Origin: an uncultured archaeon
GTDB taxonomy: Archaea; Aenigmatarchaeota; Aenigmatarchaeia; Aenigmatarchaeales; SZUA-1535
DNA length: 22,852 nucleotides
Reading direction: 5' to 3'
Assembly (NCBI GenBank): GCA_964594175.1
Contig: CAZQLM010000007.1
Location: forward strand, 1-22,852
Shown here in pieces: positions 8,172 through 14,395 of the stretch (positions are counted from its first letter, which is position 1; each line of letters begins with the position of its first letter). The notes below the pieces were generated by a model. It saw nothing but the letters and a program-made list of their open reading frames with translations. It was not told the DNA's origin and made no database searches. A program made the translations under genes and the position numbers.

Positions 8172-8489
8172 CTACAATGAATCCACTCCCCCATCATTTT
8201 TCACCCTTTTCATTTTTTCAAAAATTTCAACAGCTAGCATTCCTAAAGGTGTTAATTTTACAGGAAAAGAATTCTTGTAGGTTACAAATCCAAACCTTTC
8301 CAACCGGTAAATATTATACTTCACAGTAGACTCTGCTATTTTTGCTTTTTTCGAGAAATATTTTGCAAACGAAGAAACTGTTAAGCTTACTTCACAAATT
8401 TCTTTGAGCATTAAAACCTGCTTTTCACTGAGCAAATTTTTCAAAAGCTTTCCAAAATATTTTTCAAAACTGCAACGTGTTCCATGCAA
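8172..8489 (-). CDS. Small winged-helix DNA-binding protein (MarR/ArsR/TrmB-like)
   Basis: 105 aa. LSEKQVLMLKEI...SSFAKYFSKKAKIAESTVKYNIYRLERFGFVTYK has a helix-turn-helix plus wing pattern. The only in-frame start at the 5' end is TTG 8489. A TATA-like 'taaataattta' lies about 25 nt upstream. Confidence 0.55.
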   Translation of the reverse strand: MHGTRCSFEKYFGKLLKNLLSEKQVLMLKEICEVSLTVSSFAKYFSKKAKIAESTVKYNIYRLERFGFVTYKNSFPVKLTPLGMLAVEIFEKMKRVKNDGGVDSL

Positions 8490-8525
8490 TCACCAAAAGA
8501 GAGTTTACCACTAAATTATTTAAAT

Positions 8526-8554
8526 CTTGTAGTCAAGAAAACTTGACTTGCAAG
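8526..8554. promoter_or_regulatory. Imperfect palindrome / hairpin just upstream of the wHTH gene's TATA region
   Basis: cttg-t-AGTCAAG-aaaa-CTTGACT-tg-caag. The core is a perfect 7-bp inverted repeat with a 4-nt spacer (8531-8548), extended by a cttg/caag pairing. It lies between the stop of 8567..9250 and the TATA-like element of 8172..8489. Confidence 0.35.
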
Positions 8555-8566
8555 CTGCGAAACTTC

Positions 8567-9250
8567 TCAGTAAAAAATGTCTTTTTCGCAATAAAAACTT
8601 ACATCTTTTTTTCCCAAGGCTCTTGCAAGGTTGTAGTAAAATATACTGTATTTTAGGAGAGCTGTGAAGAAAGCGTCCTTTAATTTTTTGAATCTTTCAT
8701 CAAGAATTTTCTTAAATTCAAAAACTTCACTTGGATAATCCCACCGCACGTACCAAAGTCTATGATCTACCTGCTCTACGTGTTTTCTATCTATCCATAA
8801 CTCCAGAACTCTTTTATCCATTTTACCCTTTTTCACGCGCTCTTCCAAAATTTTTCTTAAATCCCTTTCAAGAGCCATTTCGCCTGCAATTTCATGCTTA
8901 CATCGCAGTTTAAGGCCAGAAACGTAATTTAGATATTTCTTGTCGTCGCAATAACAGGGAGAAGCTTGTTGTATGCAGATAAAGTTTTTATCAAAATTTG
9001 GTTTTATTTTAAAATGGATTTCGTAGGAAGTAAATTTAAATCTTCCTTCTGAAGGTATTTTTACTGTAATATCAAAGCTCCCTGTTTCATCGCATGGTCC
9101 TCCTTTCCAACCATAAGAAGCACTATTTCTCAGTTCTATTGCCTTTAATCTTCTCCACGGCTCTCCGTAAGTTTCAACTTCAGCTATGTTGTAATGCTCC
9201 CACAGTTTTCTCCAAACTTTCAGAAATTTAACCTTTTGCTCGTGTTTCAT
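8567..9250 (-). CDS. SWIM zinc-finger domain protein, function unknown
   Basis: CxCx(15)CxH signature PCYCDDKKYLNYVSGLKLRCKHE (nt 8894-8956). The rest has no family I recognise. RBS-like 'gaggtag' upstream of ATG 9250. Confidence 0.55.
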   Translation of the reverse strand: MKHEQKVKFLKVWRKLWEHYNIAEVETYGEPWRRLKAIELRNSASYGWKGGPCDETGSFDITVKIPSEGRFKFTSYEIHFKIKPNFDKNFICIQQASPCYCDDKKYLNYVSGLKLRCKHEIAGEMALERDLRKILEERVKKGKMDKRVLELWIDRKHVEQVDHRLWYVRWDYPSEVFEFKKILDERFKKLKDAFFTALLKYSIFYYNLARALGKKDVSFYCEKDIFY

Positions 9251-9300
9251 ATCTTTCTACCTCGGTTTTTTGCATAACTTTCTGCAGTGTATTTAAGTTT

Positions 9301-10002
9301 TTAAATTTTTCTTCTTGCAAGTCCTTGAAAAAGATGTGAAGGTGAAATTTCCTCTATCAAAAACTTCACAGTATTATTTTCTTTTACTTTTTTGCCTTTG
9401 ACTTTGAGTTCATTTTTCCAGAAAGGTGTTTTCACCACAAAGGTTTCGTATTCTCCGCCCTCTCCAGAGATTTCGCAACCATGTTTTTTCAAATCTTCAA
9501 CAAAAGCTTGCACGTTTTCCTTCGTAATTTTTACTCCAACCCATTTTTCAAGCTCTTCTCCTGCATGGACAACGAGAAACTCAAAACCGTGCTCCGTTAT
9601 TTCCAAAAGCAATTTCTCGCTGCTTTTATGCCACAGAGGAGCATATCCAGCTATGCCAAGTTCTTGGCAAATGAAATCCAACCTATGCTTTTGATACTCG
9701 CTTTTTACAGCTCCGCTAACAAGTGCTTCAAAGTTATCTTTTTGTTTAGTTTTTTTGAGATGGTGTAAAATTTCCGTAACTTCTTCCTCTTTTTCGCCTG
9801 TTACAAAAATTTCCTTATGCTTCACATTACTAAGCTTTGCTTGGAATGAAACAAATTGAACGTTTATACTGTGAAGCATATAACTTTCTTTTATCCTTGG
9901 AATAAACGTAATCCATTGACATATACTAAAACCCTGCTGAAGCATTAGATAAAAAGCATAAATCGAATCCTTTCCTCCCGAAATAATTGCCACGCCCTTC
10001 AT
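9301..10002 (-). CDS. dph6: Diphthine--ammonia ligase (diphthamide synthetase, Dph6/MJ0570 family)
   Basis: PP-loop AIISGGKDS at the N-terminus, plus SGAVKSEYQK and EISGEGGEYETFVV. It is collinear by eye with the MJ0570-type ATP pyrophosphatase domain. Confidence 0.8.
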   Translation of the reverse strand: MKGVAIISGGKDSIYAFYLMLQQGFSICQWITFIPRIKESYMLHSINVQFVSFQAKLSNVKHKEIFVTGEKEEEVTEILHHLKKTKQKDNFEALVSGAVKSEYQKHRLDFICQELGIAGYAPLWHKSSEKLLLEITEHGFEFLVVHAGEELEKWVGVKITKENVQAFVEDLKKHGCEISGEGGEYETFVVKTPFWKNELKVKGKKVKENNTVKFLIEEISPSHLFQGLARRKI

Positions 10003-10008
10003 AAAATT

Positions 10009-10353
10009 TTATTTTACTTCCTTTACCAAATATATATCACCTTCCTCATCTCCAGTACCAATACCGATTGTATCAAGAGCTTCTATTACAGGAATATTTG
10101 GACTTTCCTCCAAATCTATCTCTTTTTTATTATATCAATATCGCACATTATGGGAACTGCTTTTTTGTATACTATTTCGAAACCTTCTTTCTTTAATGCT
10201 TCGCTAACTTCTTTTAATCCCTCTTCCCCACCTGTACCGCATATTTTTGCGCATGCATTGCATGCAATTACAACAATTCTCTTTAATGAATCTCTAGTCG
10301 AGCATTATTTCCGCAAATCCTGTATTGTATTTGCCAGCATGCCGCTCAGCCAT
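10009..10353 (-). pseudogene. Frame-disrupted small Cys-motif protein gene (three frame segments)
   Basis: Read by hand on the minus strand. ATG 10353 gives MAERHAGKYNTGFAEIMLD*. The next frame gives ..RDSLKRIVVIACNACAKICGTGGEEGLKEVSEALKKEGFEIVYKKAVPIMCDIDIIKKR*. A third frame gives KKEIDLEESPNIPVIEALDTIGIGTGDEEGDIYLVKEVK* (stop 10009-10011). The second shift is at an A6 run (T6 at 10123-10128 on +). The start overlaps the upstream gene's stop (ATGGCTGA), and the end is 6 nt from the dph6 ATG. Confidence 0.35.
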
Positions 10354-10828
10354 TTATTCTTTCTTTAACCGCATTTACAAAATCTTTGAAATCCTCTCTC
10401 TTTATTCCCAACCCTATTTTGCCTTTTTTCGTTTCTAGAATAACAAGCTCTTTCCTGCTTCTTGAATAAACTTTAACTTTTCCTAAATTCTTGAAGTGAA
10501 AAATTCCGTAAAAGCCGAAAAGCCCGCCTGAACCAAATAAACGAAATGCAACGAATTTTGTTGTTGCGATGTCTCTTATTTCACGGTATGGTATAAAAAC
10601 GCTCCCAGCAACCTTTTTCACCCTTATCCCATTTTCTTCAGTTATGACTTTTAGTGGAGTAAAGAGATATACTAAAATTGTTACCAGGGCAAGGAAGCAC
10701 GCGAAAAGCGTGCCAAGAAAAAAGGATATCGAATAAATCATGAATGTTGCAAAAATGCAAATAATGAAATAAACGGCTGTAAGGGTTTTTGTTGCCTTAT
10801 CAGCATAAAGCGAGTACACCTTTTTCAT
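10346..10828 (-). CDS. Membrane-anchored bacterial-type PH (bPH)-like domain protein
   Basis: ORF 10346..10867 (GTG); ATG 10828 preferred (MKKVYSLYAD...). Two N-terminal TM helices are followed by a beta-rich domain with FRLFGSGGLFGFYGIFHF..GKVKVYSRS..LVILETKKG, which resembles membrane-associated bPH domains. Confidence 0.5.
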   Translation of the reverse strand: MKKVYSLYADKATKTLTAVYFIICIFATFMIYSISFFLGTLFACFLALVTILVYLFTPLKVITEENGIRVKKVAGSVFIPYREIRDIATTKFVAFRLFGSGGLFGFYGIFHFKNLGKVKVYSRSRKELVILETKKGKIGLGIKREDFKDFVNAVKERING

Positions 10829-10851
10829 GATCTTGATATTTTTTAGCTTTC

Positions 10852-10859
10852 TTATATAA
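10852..10859. promoter_or_regulatory. Palindromic TATA-like box shared by divergent genes
   Basis: 'ttatataa' is centred about 23-24 nt from ATG 10879 (+) and about 27-28 nt from ATG 10828 (-). The intergenic region is 50 bp and no Shine-Dalgarno is evident on either side. Confidence 0.35.
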
Positions 10860-10878
10860 GTTAGCACAATTTTTTAGC

Positions 10879-11709
10879 ATGGAAAAGAAAATTAGAATAA
10901 TTTTGACAAAAGCGAAAAAAGCATACTCAACAACAAAAATTCCTGGAGCGAAATGGGCTGTAAACCCTTATATAGGATGCGAGCACGCATGCAAGTACTG
11001 CTATGCCAAATTCATGTGTAAGTACTATAACTATGGAGAATGGGGCTCGTGGGTTGTTGTAAAAGAAAATCTTCCGCCGTTAATTAAAAATAAATACGTA
11101 AATGGGCGTGTTGTTATGAGCACAGTAAGCGATGTTTATCAACCGGTGGAGAGAGAATTTCTGCTTACAAGAAATGTGTTAAAAAATATGAGCAAATCGG
11201 TCAAGCTTTCTATTTTAACAAAATCTGATTTAGTTTTAAGAGACATAGATTTATTTAAAAAATTCGCTTGCATAGAAGTTGGGCTTACAATCAATGGTTT
11301 CGAAGGTGAACTCAAGAAAGAAATTGAGCCATATTCTCCTTGTAACAAGAAAAGAATAGAAGCGCTGAAAATACTGAACGAGAATGGAATTAAAAATTAT
11401 GCTTTTATCTCCCCAATAATTCCAGGATTGGTTGATGTAAAGAAATTAATAAAAGAAACAAAAAATTTTACAACTTTTTACTGGTTTGAATTTTTGAATT
11501 TAAACGCCAGCGGCAGAGAGTTCAGAAAATGGTTAATGGAAAACCATCCAGAAAGTTATGAAATACTTTCCGATAAAACAAAAACAGAAAAATATATAAA
11601 TAGCGTGATAGATGTAATAGAAAAAAGCAGAGTTACTGTCAAAGGTATTTGCATTCATCACCCCAAATTGGTAATCAGGAAAAACATTAGAGATTTATTT
11701 TCTTGGTAG
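10879..11709 (+). CDS. Radical SAM protein, SplB/'DNA repair photolyase' (COG1533)-like
   Basis: NPYIGCEHACKYCYA carries the CxxxCxxC cluster motif in the context typical of COG1533. Also SDVYQPVEREFLLTRNVL, ILTKSDLVLRDIDLF and SPIIPGL. Confidence 0.8.
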   Translation: MEKKIRIILTKAKKAYSTTKIPGAKWAVNPYIGCEHACKYCYAKFMCKYYNYGEWGSWVVVKENLPPLIKNKYVNGRVVMSTVSDVYQPVEREFLLTRNVLKNMSKSVKLSILTKSDLVLRDIDLFKKFACIEVGLTINGFEGELKKEIEPYSPCNKKRIEALKILNENGIKNYAFISPIIPGLVDVKKLIKETKNFTTFYWFEFLNLNASGREFRKWLMENHPESYEILSDKTKTEKYINSVIDVIEKSRVTVKGICIHHPKLVIRKNIRDLFSW

Positions 11710-12996
11710 CTATTTGAACAAATCCTCAACAGCTTTTTCAAAAACTTCAACAATTTTCTCTTCTTTCGCGTTTGCAAGTTTTCCGTCACGAACAACAAAA
11801 TTTCCTGCCACAAGCAAATCTCTTACGCAGTTTCCTGTTGCAGAATACACCAGATTTGAAACAGGATTTAGCAGAGGTTTCATAGAATAATGCTCCAAAT
11901 CTATCAAAGCTAAATCAGCTTCTTTCCCAGGCTCTATGCTTCCAGAATTTAAACCGAAGCATTTCGCTGGATTAACCGTAGCTAAATCAAGTGTTTGCTG
12001 TGCCGTTAGCTCAATTCCGTTCCATCTATACCACTTTTGTAATAAAGCGCAGAACTTCATTTCGCGAAACATATCCAGGCTGTTATTGGAACAAGCTCCA
12101 TCCGTTCCTATGCAAACATTCACGCCTGCCTGTAAGTATTCACGCATAGGGAATGCTCCTCCTGTGGCAAGTTTCATATTGCTTGCCGGACAATGGACTG
12201 CTTTGGTACCGTATTTTGAAAGAATTTCTATTTCCCTTTTTGAAACCCAGCTTCCGTGAAAAATTACTGTATTTTCGTCGAGAAATCCAAGCTTTTCTAA
12301 ATATTCTACTGGCCTTACTCCGTGTTCTTTAATGCAATCGAAAACTTCCTTACGTGTTTCTGAAAGGTGTATGGTTTTTAGCAAGTTTCTCTCTTTTGCA
12401 AATTCATTTACCCATTCTAAAAGCTCTTTGGAGCATGTGTAAATAGCATGCGGAGCTAATACCGGCTCTATTCCTTGATATTTCCCGCGAACGCTTTCTA
12501 TAAATTTTTTTGTTCTTTTTATCTCACGCTCGCGTTTTTCCTCGTTGAACAAATCGATCATTCCGTACCCCAAAAAAGCCTTCATCCCTATCTCGCTTAC
12601 TGCCTTTGCAACTTCTTCCATTTCGAAGTACATATCAACAAAGCAGCATGTTCCTGTTTTCGCCATTTCCATGCATGCGAATAAAGCTCCTGCGTAAATA
12701 TGCTTAGGTTTTAATTTTGCCTCAACCTTCCACACATCGCTTAGCCAAGCATGCAGCTCTTGGTCATCGCGATAGCCGCGCATTAAAACCATGCTTGCAT
12801 GTGTATGCGCATTGAACAGAGCCGGCATTACGAGCTTTTTAGAACAGTCAAGAACTTCATCTGCGTTTTGCGAAATATTTTTGCCTATTTCCTTTATTTT
12901 TCCTTCTTCTATTAAAACATCTATATTTTTCAGAATTTTTCTGTCGCTGTTTTGCGTTACTACGATTCCGCAGTTTTTCAGGAGCAAGCTTTCCAT
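11710..12996 (-). CDS. mtaD: Amidohydrolase: 5-methylthioadenosine/S-adenosylhomocysteine (5'-deoxyadenosine) deaminase
   Basis: MPALFNAHTHASMVLMRGYRDDQELHAWL (HxH metal motif and the family's substrate loop), HLSET, HGSW, and CIGTDGACSNNSLDMF (the metal-binding Asp region). Length 428 aa. Confidence 0.85.
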   Translation of the reverse strand: MESLLLKNCGIVVTQNSDRKILKNIDVLIEEGKIKEIGKNISQNADEVLDCSKKLVMPALFNAHTHASMVLMRGYRDDQELHAWLSDVWKVEAKLKPKHIYAGALFACMEMAKTGTCCFVDMYFEMEEVAKAVSEIGMKAFLGYGMIDLFNEEKREREIKRTKKFIESVRGKYQGIEPVLAPHAIYTCSKELLEWVNEFAKERNLLKTIHLSETRKEVFDCIKEHGVRPVEYLEKLGFLDENTVIFHGSWVSKREIEILSKYGTKAVHCPASNMKLATGGAFPMREYLQAGVNVCIGTDGACSNNSLDMFREMKFCALLQKWYRWNGIELTAQQTLDLATVNPAKCFGLNSGSIEPGKEADLALIDLEHYSMKPLLNPVSNLVYSATGNCVRDLLVAGNFVVRDGKLANAKEEKIVEVFEKAVEDLFK

Positions 12997-13081
12997 GAAA
13001 AAATTTTGAAAAAAGAATTATAAAAATTTGGAACACAAAAAGTCGGAGCAAAGCTTTTCAAAGCAAGCGGAATTTCGGCGT

Positions 13082-13615
13082 TTACTGCGAGAATTTCCCT
13101 TCTTTAAATGCTTTTTCGACAAACTCAGCAATTCTATCAATGAAAAGCTCTATCTTGTCCGTTACTAAATGAAGCCAGTAACCGATAAATGCAATGCTCG
13201 CAAATATAATGCTCCAGAAAATATCCGTAAGTTTATAGCTAAGAAGGAAAACAAATACAGACCAGGAAAAAATCCCAAGATAACCGTGAGAATACTTTCT
13301 TTTATGAGTTGGAATATACCTTTTTTCTCTTTTGATTACGTTTCCAAAAAGATAAAGAAAATCTGGAAGCCATGCAGAGATATAAAGTAATGCCAGCGCA
13401 ATAAAAAAATAATGAAAACAAAATTCTCCATTTCCGTAAAGGTAGATTACCAGAAGTAGTAAAAGCGTTCCGAGATATTCGCAAGCCTTTACAGCGATTT
13501 TATTGTGTCTTTCGAATTCTTTTCTTATATGGAGCTTGCTTCTCCCTTTTCCCATCCACTCATAAACAAAATCTTCAGCCTTCGATCGTAGGCTCATGAA
13601 AATATTAAAGTTCAT
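13082..13615 (-). CDS. Membrane-bound metal-dependent hydrolase-like protein (YdjM/DUF457-like)
   Basis: Four hydrophobic helices. WLPDFLYLF...THKRKYSHGYLG resembles the PDxD...HRxxTHS motif, and the C-terminus has WLHLVTD (HxxxD). The ATG overlaps the upstream phosphoesterase stop (ATGA at 13612-13615). Confidence 0.5.
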   Translation of the reverse strand: MNFNIFMSLRSKAEDFVYEWMGKGRSKLHIRKEFERHNKIAVKACEYLGTLLLLLVIYLYGNGEFCFHYFFIALALLYISAWLPDFLYLFGNVIKREKRYIPTHKRKYSHGYLGIFSWSVFVFLLSYKLTDIFWSIIFASIAFIGYWLHLVTDKIELFIDRIAEFVEKAFKEGKFSQ

Positions 13616-14361
13616 AAGAATAAATTTTTGAGTCTGCCAAGATAAGTGCCGTCTACAAGGTAAATCCTTGCATTTTCCAAATCCAAAAATTTGATGTTGG
13701 GCCCTAAAGGTGAATACTCCGGTGAGTTTATTTTACTTCCTCCTAAAAGAGTGTTAAAGGCTGGAAAAATAACAGCTTTTTTGAGATTGCAGCCCGAGTT
13801 GTATTTTTCTTCGAAACGTTTTGCAAAAACCTTTGCTACGATCCAGCAAGGTTCGGCAAAACGCATTCCAAAGCGATCAACAAATTCTATGCTTGCATGC
13901 TCGTGAGCGAGGAAAAGATAGTGAGCTTTTAAAAGCTCTTTTCCTATCCACGCATGTCCGTGGGCAAACGCAAAATTTTTCAGTAAAACGCCTTCTCCTG
14001 GGAAAATTTTTACAGAGCTCGGGCAATATTTCTCGATGTCCCCGTCGTGATTACCCTTTGTAATAATTATCTGGGCGTACTTTGCTATACTTTCTAAAAA
14101 TTCCGGTAGCTCGTATTTTTCCTGTAAAGAAGGTACGGGAACTGAGTGCTTAACGTCTCCTAAAAGCAGGAGCTTTTCAGGAGAAAACCACCTTACTAAT
14201 TTTCTTATTTTTTCAAGAATTTTTCTCGTCTGCGAAGGTATGCTTATACCAGAGCGAAAAAGCTCGTACTCAAAACCTATATGCAAGTCTCCTAACACCA
14301 AAACTTTCTCTTTTTCAAGATAAAGTGCTCTTTCCTTGGAGAAAAGCAATTTCACAGACAT
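13612..14361 (-). CDS. Short calcineurin-like metallophosphoesterase, SbcD/Mre11-related (MJ0037 / PdeM-like type)
   Basis: Ordered motifs: VLVLGDLHIGFE (DxH), LLLLGDVKH (GD..H), TKGNHDG (GNHD), FAHGHAW, LAHEHAS. At 249 aa it is much shorter than archaeal Mre11. Confidence 0.75.
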   Translation of the reverse strand: MSVKLLFSKERALYLEKEKVLVLGDLHIGFEYELFRSGISIPSQTRKILEKIRKLVRWFSPEKLLLLGDVKHSVPVPSLQEKYELPEFLESIAKYAQIIITKGNHDGDIEKYCPSSVKIFPGEGVLLKNFAFAHGHAWIGKELLKAHYLFLAHEHASIEFVDRFGMRFAEPCWIVAKVFAKRFEEKYNSGCNLKKAVIFPAFNTLLGGSKINSPEYSPLGPNIKFLDLENARIYLVDGTYLGRLKNLFL

Positions 14362-14395
14362 AATTTTTATTAACTTTACTTAAGGATAAAAGAAT
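14362..14395. promoter_or_regulatory. 34-bp divergent promoter region with two back-to-back TATA-like elements
   Basis: 'tttttatta' (14365-14373) lies about 27 nt from ATG 14396 (+). 'ataaaag' (14386-14392, 'cttttat' on -) lies about 28 nt from ATG 14361 (-). Confidence 0.35.

Noticed and set aside
8175-8193. wHTH-HisG fusion protein (LysR-like architecture) via a shift at the G5 run in ...aatgatgggggagtgg...
   Set aside because: This is possible on paper because the HisG frame opens at 8193 inside the wHTH 3' end. However, an independent ATG-initiated frame plus a single-base change at the A6 run yields a HisG of canonical size, which is the simpler explanation. Only read data or orthologues can exclude the fusion.
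10296-10298. In-frame TAG after MAERHAGKYNTGFAEIMLD as possible pyrrolysine or read-through
   Set aside because: Reading through TAG in that frame gives RFIKENCCNCMQCMRKNMRYRWGRG.., which looks non-protein-like. The adjacent frame gives a well-behaved sequence, so a frameshift explains the locus better.
10150-10368. Plus-strand 72-aa ORF in the gap between dph6 and the bPH membrane protein
   Set aside because: The translation (MGTAFLYTISKPSFFNASLTSFNPSS...) is low-complexity and Ser/Phe/Leu-rich. It lies antisense to a much more protein-like, though frame-broken, minus-strand gene packed in operon register with its neighbours.
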